Shown: positions 25,006-38,675, counted from the stretch's first letter. The stretch: DNA of 64,000 bases from Eledone cirrhosa (GCA_964016885.1 OZ024745.1:91016001-91080000), one strand, 5' to 3'. A program made the numbers and translations. Notes: generated from the letters alone by a model not told the origin.

Positions 25006-25289
25006 CGAAATTATTGTGTATAGTCCTCAGGTGTGCTACAACTCATCAAAGATGCATACATAATCAATCATTTACACAGTCCAGCAAGTATGACAATTGT
25101 TTTGTCTTTATTGAGATTTATTATGAAGAGAAGAAAATAGACCATTAATATTTCCTTTTGTATTTAAATAGATTTTATAAAATTTTATCTTAAGAATTCT
25201 AATTTATTGGATGCCATATTGTAATAGCAAAGACTACAAAAGTTAACTACAAAGGATGTATCTATAGCAGCTATATGAATTATGAAAAT

Positions 25290-25695
25290 CGGCTGAAAAG
25301 TTCATAGGCTAACTATATAGGTGTGATGCTAGAGCTGTGAAATCTTGCATGCATTAATCTCATCTCTTCTTAATAATAATAACTGCATTGTTTTTTCCAA
25401 GGACTGTGTTGAAAAATAAACCTCATTTTGTCATTCCATGAGAATATCTTGGTCATAGGCTGACTATGAAGGAGTGATGCTTGAGCTGTGAAATCTTGCA
25501 TTCATTAATTTCAACTCTTCTTGTTAATAATAATAACTGAATTGCTTTTTCCAAGGGACTATGTTGAAAAATAAACCCCATTTGGTCATTCCATGAGAGT
25601 CTCTTGGACATAGACTGACTATGCAGGAGTAATGCTCGAGCTGGGAAATATTGCATGCATTAATTTCAACTCTTCTTTTTAATAACTGCATTTTG
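25290..25695. mobile_element. Mariner-like MITE with a ~160-bp partial tandem triplication
   Basis: CTGAAAAGTTCATAGGCT terminus. The CATAGGCTGACTAT...GAGCTGTGAAATCTTGCA block recurs three times. Related copy at about 48845-49012. Confidence 0.55.
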
Positions 25696-26034
25696 GCTGA
25701 GTTAATAACTAAAGGATTAAACACATCTAATATGAAACACAACAGAGGTAATATATTATTTGTCTTGATTTTAACTTGAAGTGATAAACTTGAAACAGAA
25801 ATTTGTTTTGTCTGATTAATTACTTGAAACAAGAATTTAAAACTGATTTCATGGAAACTTGTAATTTGGGAAGAATTAGCTGTTAACAATTTAAAACTTT
25901 CAAATATTTTGGCTGCTGGAGATATAGCGAGGTTTACTATATGAGAGAGAAACTTAATACTAGTTTACATAGACATAATCTCATCTTCTATAATTGCATT
26001 CACATTCAGGATGCATTATAAAGCCCAACCTAGT

Positions 26035-26240
26035 ACTTGACTAATACTTTAGTCAGTTTTCCTATGAGAAAAGTAGAATCAATTTAACCAAACTCAGTAT
26101 ATTATTGGTACTTTAGTCAGTTTTTCTATGAAAAAAGTAGAGTCAATTTAACTAACCCCAGTATATTACTGGTAGTTTAGTCAGTTTTCCTGAGGAAAGT
26201 ATAGTCAATTTAACACAAACTAGTATATTACTGGTGATAA
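26035..26240. repeat. ~62-bp tandem repeat, 3-4 copies
   Basis: TTTAGTCAGTTTTCCTATGAGAAAAGTAGAATCAATTTAA..CAGTATATTA units. Confidence 0.75.
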
Positions 26241-26314
26241 ATAGAATAGTATAGGTGGTAAATTGATAACAGACTCAGTTGATTTCCAATCAGAGCTATT
26301 TCTCTTACTCTAAT

Positions 26315-26445
26315 AATTGTTTCTACTTTTTGACACAAGGCCAGCAATTACCCAGTGCATTACTGGTACTTTATTTTATCGACCCCGTAAGGATGAAAGG
26401 CAAAGTTAACCTCGGCGGGATTCAAACTCAGAATGGCAAGGGCTT
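26315..26445 (-). mobile_element. SINE (young subfamily, 3' part)
   Basis: Reverse complement of the 62243 copy. Confidence 0.85.
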
Positions 26446-26904
26446 ACTCTAATGATTTTTAGAAAGGTATGGACATCATAAATCTGATTTCGTCATCCCT
26501 AAAATCAATAGGGCTATCACCAACTATGGACATAGAAGGTTCAATAACTGAATTGATGTAACATATTAGATCTTGGGGGAAAATATATTTGTCCATATAT
26601 TACTGGTACTTTTTCTTTTTATTGATCTCAGCTAAAACCACCATGCTCCCTATATTTGATGACCTTTTATTGCAGCCACTCACATTTCTTATCACAAAGA
26701 CTAGTTTCCAAACGTAGTCATATGTGAATGAATCTTTATATTCAAAAGCTTTATTGTACTGAATATCGAAGCCCTGATGGTAAGCCACCTTAAATAGTTT
26801 TAATCAGCATGTAAAATACATGCTACCAATATCATTGTAATAATTACATTTATCACCATTTGCAATATTTGTTTCTATATTAATCGTCAAATTACAATAT
26901 TTAC

Positions 26905-28260
26905 CTTCTTCTTTGCTCACTTAATCCTGGGAGGATTGTAGGGTTAGAGTCCTCAAACACTCCTTCCAGCTGGTCCTGTCAGAAGCAACTGTCTCCAACT
27001 GATCCAGCTGGATCCCCAAGTGAGACAAGTTGGGCTCATGGCTGTTATCCAACCATCTTGATTGGGGTCTACTCCTGGGTCTCCTGCCAGTTGGGTTTAC
27101 TTATAAAATCTGTCTAGCAATTCTTTCCAGAGACATTCTAACCACATGCTCATAGTATCGGAGCTGTGATCTCTCAATTCAGAGAAGAGAAGTAGCAGCT
27201 CTATCTGGAGTGGCTCTCTGATCTCTAAGCTACACACTCTATTGAGTAACATTACTACAAAGACCCTTCAGAGGAACCCTATTTTGGCCACTTATATTCG
27301 CAATTGTATTTTTTCAGTCATTATCCAAGATTCATGACCATAAGTAAGGGTTGACACGAATACTGAATTGAAGAAAGCGAGTTTGGCTTTTACACCTACT
27401 GATTACTGAATGCTGAAGCTGGCGCATTACTGCACCAGCTCCTGCAATTCTTGCATTTAATTCAGCCTTCTGCCTTCCATCACTTATGATCATGGTCCCG
27501 AGATACTTGAACTTCTCCACCTGCTTCAGTGGAACTCCATTTACACATAGAGTGCACTGCACAGGCTTCCTTGAGAGGATAAGCATCTCAGTTTTCGAAG
27601 CACTGATTTTCATTCCAGCCATGCAACACTTGACATCAAACCTATCAACTGCAAGTTGGAGACCACCTTTTATTGAGTTAAGTAAGAACTTAACTCAAAT
27701 TCCAGCCGACTGATTTTACACCCGCCAGTCATGATATCACTTCCAACCTGGCTGTGCATGTCAATCCTATTCATGTAAATAATGAGCAGGAGAGATGACA
27801 GTATGCACCCTTGATTGAGTCCGGCTCCTGCATTGAACGGTTTTGATTTAGCATCATTTATCTGAACACAAATACTTGGGCATTCATATAAACATCAGAG
27901 CAACAAGGAGCTGACTATCGATCCCACACTCCTGGAGAACCTTCCACAGCAGGTCCGAAGGAACATGGTTATATACCTTTTCATGGTCGACAAAACAAGA
28001 ATATACTTCTTGGTAATGCTCCCACAATTTCTCGAAGACCTGCTGCAGTGTGAATATTTGGTCGGCTGTGCTGCATCAGCTAGCTTGGATTCGACAATCT
28101 CACTACATCTCTTTGCCAGACACTTAACATAGACTTTACTGGGGATGTTTAAAAAGAAAGATCCCTCTATAATTGGAACAATCTCTCTTTTTGAAAATTG
28201 GGATTATCACTCCCGATTGCCATTGTTTAGGTGCCTTTCCAGAAATCCAGGCCACCCTGC
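26905..28260 (-). mobile_element. Degraded RTE-clade LINE without the Cys finger
   Basis: GMKISASKTE..LKQVEKFKYLG, plus FVDHEKVYNHVP and NQGCILS on the minus strand; many stops and frameshifts. Confidence 0.8.
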
Positions 28261-29214
28261 ACATACACTATTTACTGATATTCAAATAACATTTAAGTAC
28301 CAGAAATTATCAGCAAACTATATTTTCAGTCTGAGGCATCGAAGACGTTTGAGGGAGTTAGGCTGCTGACAATGAAGTTTTTTTCATTGTTGGTAGTTTG
28401 GTTATTCCAGCACCTTAGCCTTGCTATCACCCTCTGCAATGCTGAAAGTGTGTTGGCTTGCCTAATAAATTATTAGAGGGAAACTCCAGCTCTCCTTGTA
28501 GTGGGTGATTAAGTGTGCGTGTCTTCTTACACTTTTCCTCTTTTTAAAAAATATAAATTGTGTTTATTTGCATGCATTCTATTAAAAAAAAATTTCGTAT
28601 CTTCATCTTCATTATAACTTAAAGCTTATGGGACTGATTCTGCATTTTGTTTACTGTCTATTCTCATTTGAATCATATCTTTTGTATTCTGTTCAGTCAG
28701 ATTTTGATGTGATAAGAATAAGCCCCTTTCAGAAATTATCAATATCTTGTTGGAACGAACAGATGGTATTATCACAGATCTTATCTAATTCTTTAAGTTC
28801 CTGGGGGTTGTACAATTACAAAAATCTATATAGCCAACATATTGGTTATTGATAAAACCAAATCTGTTATTTGTTTCTTTTTATTTGATGTCCAAGAATT
28901 CTTTTTGCTTGTTGCAGCAAAGCATCACAGCATCTATCGTATGTGGGTCATTGAATGGAAGATCGTTATTAACCAGCGACACCATTGTCATGTCGTACTG
29001 TAGTTATCCAAATAAAGCTACAGTTGCAGGCGATCCTTTACGTTCAGAAGCTTTATTAAACTAAATAACTAACCTTTGACATTGTACTCAAAGCCATCTT
29101 GAATAGTCCAGATCAGCATTGTTAAATTCATGTTATTGATATTAGTATAACAATGACTATCGTATGTGGGTCATTGAATGGAAGGTCGTTATTAACCAGC
29201 GACACCATTGTAAT

Positions 29215-30200
29215 TAAGAATGTAGGCTTCACATGTAGCAGCTGTGCTGGGACAGCAAGCAGCAAACAGCCACAGGAAACAAGTACCACCAATCTCTGGG
29301 AGAGCTCTGTAGAAACAGTAGACAGCTTCTGCTACCTAGGTGACCGAATTAGCAGCGGAGGTGGGTGTTCAGAAAGTACAATAACTAGGGTCAGAACGGG
29401 ATGGAAGAAGTTCAGGGAACTACTGCCACTGCTAGCTGCAAAAGGCTTCTCCCTCAAAATGAAAGGCAGACTGTATGATGCGTGTATCCGAACAGCAATG
29501 TTAAATGTTACATGGTAGTGAGACCTGGGCGCTGAAGGTGGAAGACTTACGTAGATTAGAAAGGAACGAAGCCCGCATGCTCCGATGGATCTGTAATAGT
29601 AATATACGCGAACGACAAAGCATAAATGAATTGAGCGAGAGACTGAGCATAAGAGAAATCAAATGCTGTGTGCAGGAGAGGCGGTTGTGTTGGTATGGAC
29701 ATATGATGCGTATGAAGGATGACAGCTGCATAAAAAGGTGCAGAGCACTAGAAGTCAATGGAAACCGCGGAGTGGGGAGACCCAAGAAGACCTGGGATGA
29801 GGTGATAAAAACCGACCTTACCCAATTACACCTCTCAAAGGCGATGACACAGTAATACAGAGTACCCGACCTCCCATGGGTACAAGCTGAAGCATATAGA
29901 CAATATAACCCCACACCCTCCCACTGCAAAGTGGTCGTGGAGGTGCCACGGCAAAAAAGCACCCAGCCCACACTGTAAAGTGGACGTGTAGGCGCCACGG
30001 AAAAAAGCACCCAGCACTCACTGTAAATGAGGTTGGTGTTAGGAAGGGCATCCAGCTGTAGAAATCAAGCCAAAATTAGTTCCTGTATGAGCAAGGCATG
30101 GTCAGCCGACCAGACACTGCCCACAACAGGACAACCCGTCTAACCCATGCTAGCATGGAAGAACGGACGTAAAACGGTGATGATGATGATGATGATGATG
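29215..30200 (+). mobile_element. 5'-truncated RTE LINE (subfamily B) with long 3' UTR and (GAT)n tail
   Basis: FTCSSC..VDSFCYLGD..WKKFRELLPLL; MLHGSETW..GRPKKTW. A 7-bp AATGTTA duplication at about 29497-29510 causes a frameshift. Confidence 0.9.
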
Positions 30201-31454
30201 AATGACATTACATTTATATGTCTGGTGCGACTGCTACACACACAAACATCGTTGATTGCATCCTAAAAGAGACTAACCAGCTGCTTAGCACTCATTCATT
30301 AGCGCACAATTTAAATTTAACAAGAACTGTACTATCATCAGCCAGTTATTTCAACCACTTATCTAAGAAAGTTTGAAAAGAATGCGAACCCTGCTCTTCA
30401 GATTTACTAACAAAACACTAATGAAAAAATAAATGACCACACATTTGATAGTCAGCACGATTTCTTTCGTAAATTACATATTTTTGAAAATTGTTAATAT
30501 TTTAATGTTAAATAAAACACCAAAGTTGAACGAACACATATACCCCTGATAGTAAAAATATTACATGATTCATAGCATTACAATGGAGATGATTTTGCCT
30601 TTCGCTCCTTCACAGTTGATAAACTAAGTGGTTTTAATTGATTATACCTCTTCGCATTCAAGTGTGTAGTCTTGTGCAGGGCCAGTTAAAATTCCGCTTG
30701 GGTCAAATTCGCCTTTCGTTCTTCTATGATCAATAAAATAACATCAGTCAAGTATTGAAGTCGATATTACTGAATTTTCCCTCCTCCCAAATCCGTGGCT
30801 TTGTACATATGTAGAACTTATTTTTTAAAGCGATGGAATGACAGAGATAATAGAATGCCGGATGAAATACTTGCTGTATTTAGCTCCGTCTTTTAAAGTT
30901 TTAGTTTAAATTCCTTCGATATTGATTTTACTTTTCATCCTTTTTGGGGAGGAAGGAGGCAATAAATAAAGTGTCAATTAATTTCTGAGGTAAATTATAT
31001 CGAATACACCGTCCCTTCTCTCAATAAGTTAAAGCACCGTGTCTATAGTAGAAATCACCATTATTGTTCACAAGCAAGTATAGTACCTGTTTGTTTAAGG
31101 TGTGGCGATGTGGGTGTTAAAGCAAGGGAGATCACTCCATGTGCCAACAAGACAGTGAGAATTATGAATTACAGCTGGTTGGCGTTTGAAAACAGAAAGC
31201 TGCCTTAAATTATAGTATATACTAATAGTCCTAGAGCAGGTTATGGTTCGTATGGTTTTAGGAGTTATATAAAATATATAAAGTGATATATTACAGTTTC
31301 TGTGATGCTTAATAAATCTGAAGGCGCTACATTCCGTGAATCATAACTAAAGCGTCATGTTGACTCTAGGATACCTCCGTCTGTCTATAGAATCAGTCGA
31401 CAAACACCTGTATTTCTTTGACCATAATGTGGCTTAATATTTCTACATTAAAGT

Positions 31455-31502
31455 ATGGAACTTGAGCGTCTTGAAGAGAAGTTTGAACTTCTGAGAAATG
31501 AG
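31455..31502 (+). CDS. CCDC149: CCDC149 exon 1 (MELERLEEKFELLRNE)
   Basis: ATG, 16 codons, then a strong GAG|GTAAGT donor; phase 0 joins exon 2. Confidence 0.75.
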
Positions 31503-32631
31503 GTAAGTTTAGCCCAGTAAATATCCATACTGAACTATACGATACGCTAACAAGGCTCTTTACTAGTTATATCCCGATATGACGACACATTGTTTACCAA
31601 ATTACCTTGTGACCATTTCTCAAACAAATCACCCACAACCTTTCCTTTACGGGAAATAGTAAAATCCCAACTTCATACGATGTAGACGACATCAATATAT
31701 TTTACCTTTTATCTATAGTTACACTGTCTTATATTTACAGCCTTTTATAGTTTGATCTACCGCCTCGGATTCTCCACGTTTATTTAGAGGAGAATTAAGG
31801 CATTGTTTACTCTCATTATATTTAATAATCCCACACGTGCACAAACATACTCCTTCTTTTATTCTCTCGTATGTATATCTTACCATTACCTTAAATAATT
31901 CCAAACCCTTGTCTTCTAGAAAACATCTTCAGAAAATACCTTTGTGTATATGTGTATTTTTTAATGAACTCTCGTACATATTCATAATTTAGACACGCGA
32001 TTGTAATTTATATGTGTGGGAACATATAAGATTAGTATTTCACTTTGATTTCATGCTATGTCTGTCGGTTCGATGGTTTGGAAACACGAGTTCCGCCAAA
32101 TTTGTTTTGCTTTCGATATTTCGTCAAATTCGAAGAGTTCAATAGTACTCTTACGATTCCATGATTTACGAAACGTCAGTACAAATAGCTATGTAAAACA
32201 TAGAAATATGTACATCTAATTACTAAATTTATAAAATGTTAAATTCCTTCAAACGATCTGTAAATTGTGCTTAAACTGTATATAAAAACAAAAGCTAGTA
32301 TTATAATTAATTAAAATTCTTTTTCTTTCGTTAGCTTCATCATGTTCAACTACAGTGTCTTATTGATTATTATTGATGTGATTAAATGTCTTCATCGTTT
32401 GGGTCGATGTGTAACACATTAATCTTTGGGTCATTACTTAGTATATGGTTTTATGACCCTATCAACCTGGATCGAACATGTAAAGAAACGAAACAATTAT
32501 ATAACATTAACAACAACAAAATTACTCAGTCAAGTGACTATGTGCAGTCCAATACTCCAGACATACTCCACAGGGTGCACGTTTGTGTGGAGTGCACACT
32601 CCAGCAACTTGTGCATTTTTATATTCTCTCT

Positions 32632-32950
32632 CAGGGCCGGATTTAATGGTGGGGGGAAGCTATTGCCCCGAGCTCCCTGCAGAGGGGGGGGGGCGACCGC
32701 CGTAGCAATTTGTTTATGCCCTCAGCTGGACTTTTTAGTTTTAGGATGGTTAGAATTTTTGAATTTAATACCTGTATGTATAACTTTTCAATTCCAATTA
32801 CTTGCACCAAGCTAACTTTGATATGTAAAATGGGGGGGGGGGTACTGTGTATTCTAATTTTTTGTGTATGAGGCCCTCCAAACTTGAAGTGCCTCAGGCC
32901 CCCCAAACCTGAAGTGCCTCAGGCCTCCTCAAGGTCTAAATCCAACCCTG
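32632..32950. mobile_element. hAT-type MITE in intron 1
   Basis: TIRs CAGGGCCGGATTTA / TAAATCCAACCCTG; degenerate 8-bp TSD TTCTCTCT/CTCTCTCC. Confidence 0.7.
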
Positions 32951-33775
32951 CTCTCTCCATTGTTTAGTTTGTTCCCTCTTGTTTGTTGTTTAGTTGTTTA
33001 GCCCCAGATTAACTCTTATCGAGCAAACTCTTGGTCAAAGGTATTTAAGCCATAATCATTCCGTTTTTTTTTCTAGGGTTATCTATGACTACATTGTCAA
33101 TGTGCCCTTCCTTTATTTATATATAATGGTAGGGTGTGATGAAATGAATATTTGGTTCCTATGTTATGCAGGTCGAGTGACCATGTAGAGACTTGCTTGT
33201 AGGTTTTGGTGGTGAATACAATAGATGTGGGTAGGAGTCGGTAAAAGTGAAACAGTTGTTGTTGTTGGTGTGCATTAAAGTAAATGGTGTGCATTCTATC
33301 ACCGTGTTTAGAATTAACGATATGATTGCTGTTGTTATTTTTGTGTTCCTTTACACAGGTCAGGATGATGTTGCTGTAGGTGGGGATGATTAAACATGTA
33401 GTAACAAGAACTAGGGACCTATCAGCAAACTATGCCCCCCCCCCCCCCCTCACACACCTACGTAGCATTTCATGGTGTGAAATGTATTATTTTGTAGTTT
33501 GTTGTAAAGAGAATAAAGCCCTAGACATAACTGGTTTAAACCATAATGGATCTAATATATTTTGTGTACACCAATACTACTTCTTAGTGTGTTTGTGCAT
33601 CATTTTTTTCCAACTGTTACTGTCTTCATTGTGAGCTTTAGCAGTATTATACATAATTTTTATTAATTGTGTCTTCTGTATGATTATATTGTTGTCGCTA
33701 CCTCTATTTTGACCCCTGGTGTCTCTTAATGGTTTCATGGCCTGTAATTGTACTTTAACTAATGTTTAATTTTAG

Positions 33776-33934
33776 CATCAAGCATGCCGGAGAAAACTTG
33801 ACAGTAAATGTGAAGCATTGTTGATTTTAAGTCGAGAGATGGACCAGTGTCGCAGTGAGCGAGATCAATTCAAGCTAATGGCAGAACAATTACAGGAACG
33901 CTACCAGACTCTGAAGCGGCAGTTAGCTGGCAAG
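33776..33934 (+). CDS. CCDC149: CCDC149 exon 2 (HQACRRKLDSKCEALLILSREMDQCRSERDQFKLMAEQLQERYQTLKRQLAGK)
   Basis: TTTTAG acceptor. Matches recalled vertebrate CKRKLESKKEALLILSKELDTCQQERDQYKLMANQL. Donor is AAG|GCGAGT. Confidence 0.9.
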
Positions 33935-34021
33935 GCGAGTTCTAGTTTGTTGTTTCATCATCAATGATAGAAATATAATTTTTCAAATCCCTTTCATACA
34001 ACCCTTAATTACCTATTCACA

Positions 34022-34235
34022 AATAGTTATATAGGTGCAAACACACCCACATATAGTTATATAGGTGCAAACATCTACACACACATAGTTATATAGGTTC
34101 AAACACACCTACATATAGTTATATAGGTTCAAAAACACTAACATATTGTTATATAGGTGCACACATCTACACACATATAGTTATATAGGTGTACACATGC
34201 CTACATATAGTTATATTTGTGCAAACATCTACACA
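34022..34235. repeat. ~30-bp minisatellite, about 7 copies
   Basis: ATAGTTATATAGGTGCAAACACACCTACAT units. Confidence 0.85.
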
Positions 34236-34597
34236 CATCCTTGTGAATATAATATTTTTAGAGTAAGGCACTCTCATATAGGGTGAACAAAATAAATATA
34301 ATTGATGATGGGTTGAAAAGTTAGATCTTTCTGTAATGTAGCAGACACAAGAGAGGAAAGTCAGTTCCAAGGAGCAACAGTCTTGAGAATGAAGGATTAT
34401 AATGATAAAACAAAACATAGAGGAATGGTTGATAGGCAGAGAGATTGTGTCAAGAGCTCAGTTCAAGAGAGAAGTAGATTGAAGATAAGTTCTGATAAGC
34501 AATGACTTTTATTGTATCATTAGAAGAAGCAGAGAGAGAATACAACATATGGAGTCAGAAATTGAAGAGTTTCTGTAAGAATGAACATCTTGTTTAA

Positions 34598-34792
34598 CCG
34601 TTTAGCATTTACCTTACTCTATATATACTATTGTATTTTTGTGGTTTATCTTATATAATTATCTCACATAATATTGAATCTATGAGATTTTGATAATATT
34701 TAACATCAGTATGAGTGGCAAGCTACAGCCAGTTTGAACACAAAGAGGTGAGAGAATTCTGGCCGGATATAGCCGGTTTAAATGCTAAAGGG
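34598..34792. mobile_element. piggyBac-like MITE
   Basis: TTAA TSD on both sides; TIRs CCGTTTAGCATTTA / TAAATGCTAAAGGG. Confidence 0.85.
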
Positions 34793-35625
34793 TTAAGGTA
34801 GATGACTTTCTTCTGAATGAGGTCTAAGATGCCACTGATTGAAAAATGTGAGCTATTTCAAAAACTGGAGACACTATTCTATACTGATTTCAGGTGAGAT
34901 GGCCAAGTGGATATGGTATTGGATGACCAACTCATAAGTTCAGATATACTGTACATGTTTTGTTGTGTCTTTGCTTTAATTTTACATATCTCAGTTTACT
35001 TCACCATAGAAAATCATCATCATTATCACTGTTTAATGTCCATTTCCACGTTAGCATGGGTTAAAGAATACCTACAGGAACTTTGGAGGGCGTTACTTGC
35101 AGTAAAATGTCATTCTATCTAAGATAAAATTTCTTTCTTATCCATTAAGGGGACTGGAGTTTAGAAATGGATCCATGGACACTTGAAGTTTGTGAAAAGA
35201 TTTACTAATTCTATTTGTACCTTGTAGACATTTTATATCTGTTCAATGTTGAAATATTTCTTGTATTTAATGAGAAAGCTAAATATCACTGTGAAGTGGT
35301 TGTAATACTGTGGAGATGGTGAAATATTACATATGAAGAATGAACATGGTATTTTGAGACATTTTTTGATTTTATATTGGTGTGAAATAAACATAAGTTA
35401 CAGTATTCAGGTTAAGTCTGAAGAGCTTGATTGCTGGCATTGCCATACATACATATATGTGTGTGTATGTATACATATATTTTTGCATATGCACATAAAT
35501 ATAGTTGCAAATGTTTCCATACTGTGAATGCACATATAAAAATCACATTTATACTTCTGCAATCTTTTGCATGCATCGTCACCCATTCATGTGAACACAA
35601 AAATGCTTATATATATATGTATATA

Positions 35626-36237
35626 CTAGCCAAATTACCTGCGCCTGGCTGCTTTTCACACATTTTTTTGTAAGAAAATGATGATTGATTTTAAATCAGT
35701 GATATAATTTATGGAGAAAAACTCTGCATTTCAATATTACTCAATGTAAAACGTAATGCATGAAAAATTGGAAAACATTATTTTTTGTAATATATCAAAT
35801 CAAAATTACATTATTAAATCTTATTCTTATTTTGTTTCTTGTAAATAATTTTTTTGAAAATATCAATTCAAAACTTGATCATTTCATTTTTGTGTAAAGC
35901 ATTATTTTATTTGGGCTTCCAAAATGTTCACTATAAGGGGTTTAACCTCCATTAGGGTGTCTTAATATCATTAAAATTTGCTGAAATTTTGTGAATAGGC
36001 ATCATATCTTGTCATTTACCTATGGTTTAAATTTCATATAAATAAAAGGGAAAAATTTTTCAGTGGGGCTTTGTGCCCCCGGGGAACCCTTTGATTAAAA
36101 TGAAGTATACTTATCCAAGTTCCCTGGGCAATGTAGTTTCAGAATATATATCGTTATGGGGATCTATCTCCAAAACCATAGGAGGAGTTTGTGAAAAAAC
36201 AAACAAACGGACAGGAACTACAACTTTATATATATAG
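35626..36237 (-). mobile_element. Probable non-autonomous Helitron (second family)
   Basis: CTAG end after A in a TA-rich site; the other end is AAACAAACGGACAGGAACTACAACTTTATATATATAG. Confidence 0.45.
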
Positions 36238-36523
36238 GTATATTTATTAAAATAACAGATTAAAGTTTAAGCAAAGAATCGCTGCTTTCACCCTTAACGG
36301 GATCAAATATTTGCTCTACGGTTCTTATATATTTGATATATATTTATCCTTATCGAGCCCTCTTTGGATTTTAGTCTTGAAATTTATTATTATTAATATA
36401 TATAGGTATATATATGTGTGTGTGTACAAAATATGATCTCAGTCAATCAGACAGATACATATATATAATGTTGTTCATGGTCCCTGTCTGAAAACTGTTC
36501 TGAGCATCTATCTGTTATTTCAG

Positions 36524-36583
36524 GGTTTTGGTGGCACCCCTTTGTACAGTGGAGACAAGCCTGATTGTAGGGCAGAAGGACAG
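36524..36583 (+). CDS. CCDC149: CCDC149 exon 3 (GFGGTPLYSGDKPDCRAEGQ), poorly conserved linker
   Basis: TTATTTCAG acceptor, CAG|GTTGGT donor, 60 nt, open frame, phase 0/0; fills the gap between conserved blocks. Confidence 0.7.
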
Positions 36584-37324
36584 GTTGGTAAATTCGACAG
36601 TATACTTATGCTACATATTGTTTGACAGAATATTTGATGGGCTGCAGTGAGCATGGCTATGGTGTTGGTTTCTTCTTTGCTGTTTTAATAATATAGCTGC
36701 TGCAAGTCGATTGTAATTGATAAATTGAAAATACACGAATTACTGCAAGCTTTATTGCTAATTTTTTTCTTTTTATTGCTTTTATCTTTGCTCATAGTCT
36801 TCTGTTGTAGTAGTTCAAATGATAATGATGATTGTGGTGATGGCCTGCTTTGTTTTTAGAAGAGTGCATTAGCTTACAGAAAGTGATTTGTTTAATGTAA
36901 ACAGAGGCGGGGTTGCCCAAGGATCACCTGGCGACGAACGTTCCAGAAGGACCTGATGGCAGTCAACATCACCTGGCACAGTCTTGAAAAAGTTGCCGCT
37001 GATCGTGACCGTTGGCGAGTACTTACTGCTCGATGCACTGAACGGCACGGAAGAATCTAAGGCTAAGAAGAGAGATAGTCCTTATACTGAAGTTCTATGT
37101 AATACAAGAACACATAGAAAAGTAGTCTTTATACTGAAGTTCCATGTAATACAAGAACACATAGAGAGGCAGTCCTTATACTCAAGTTCTGTGTAATACA
37201 GTACTTATATTGAAGTTCAATGTTATTTATGGAACAGCTAATGTTTTAGGAAGAGAATAATAAAAATAAAAATCGGTGAAAGTAGGAGTGAAATCAGCAA
37301 GTTCTTTGTAGAAGACTCTAATTA

Positions 37325-38293
37325 GTATATATATATAACTGGCCCTCCATAGATTATGAGTGTCTTTATAGTATATATATATAACTACCACTCCATAGAT
37401 TACAAGTGTCTTTATAGTATATATATATAACTACCACTCCATAGATTACAAGTGTCTTTATAGTATATATATATAACTAACACTTCATAGATTACAAGTG
37501 TCTTTATAGTATATATATATATATATAACTAGCACTCGATAGATTACGAGTGTCTTTATAGGATATATATATATAACTGGTCCTCCATAGATTACGAGAG
37601 TCTTTATAGTATATATATATATAACTAACACTCCATAAATTACGAGTGTCTTTATAGTATATATATAACTAACTAACACTCCATAAATTACAAGTGTCTT
37701 TATAGTATACTAGCAGTGGTACCCGGCGTTGCACGGGATTAGGTATTTTGGAACGCGGGCCGCCAACAGACCTAATTGTGGAAAAACTGCATGCCTGAAA
37801 ATATGTAAAGAAAATGAACCAAATACTCTGATGGCTGGATAATCTTTAAGATTTTCCTCGATGAAGCAGGGAAAATGCAGGTTTTCACCTAATGCGGGCC
37901 CTAGGGGATCAAGAAAATGAAATTTTTTTATGTGCATAATATGCTTTGAAATTTCGGGAAAATCGGCTAGACGTAACGCCTCTAAAAAGCTGAAAAAATG
38001 TTTTTCACCTAATGCGGGCCCTAGGCCATAAAAATGTTGGATTTTCTTTGCTCGCGGTATGAAGAAGAGACTGACTAATTAATACATAGTTACAATTTCA
38101 AGGAAATCGGTCTGACATAACACCTCAAAAAACCCATAAAAAGCTTTAAAAATGCAGATTTTCACCTAATGTGGGCCCTAGGTGATCAAAATGTTGATTT
38201 TTTTTAATGTGCATAACACTCCCTGAAACATAAGTAATACACATGTAAAGTTTGAAAAAAATCGGTTGGGTACTTCTCGAGTTTTAGGGATTC

Positions 38294-38330
<37 letters not shown>

Positions 38331-38675
38331 TACATCATCAGGGAAGTAACATAATGCAGACATACAGACAAAAATTATAAGGGCATGACTTTATATGTAT
38401 GTATCTATCTAAAAAGAGAAAGACTAAGAATTATAGAGAGAGATCGCTAAATCGCATAATGCGGTCCCTAGGGCATTGAAATTTGAAAAAATTTTGCTCA
38501 GAACACTCCCTTAAACATAAGTGTTACATGTGTAAAGTTTGAAAATAATCGGTTGGGTGGTTCTCGAGTTTTAGGGATTCAAACTCACACACACACAGAC
38601 AGACATCCTCAGTTTTATTTATATAGATATGTATAACTAGCACTTCATAGAATATGAGTGTCTTTATAGTATATA
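37325..38675. repeat. Minisatellite (~42-50 bp, variable TA core), interrupted by a Helitron
   Basis: AACTA.CACTCCATAGATTACAAGTGTCTTTATAG(TA)n units at 37325-37709, resuming at 38628-38675. Confidence 0.85.
37710..38627 (-). mobile_element. Non-autonomous Helitron
   Basis: Minus strand: 5' TC, hairpin CCCGTGCAACGCCGGG just upstream of 3' CTAG, insertion between A and T with no TSD. Internal TTTTCACCTAATGCGGGCCCTAGG repeats. Confidence 0.8.
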
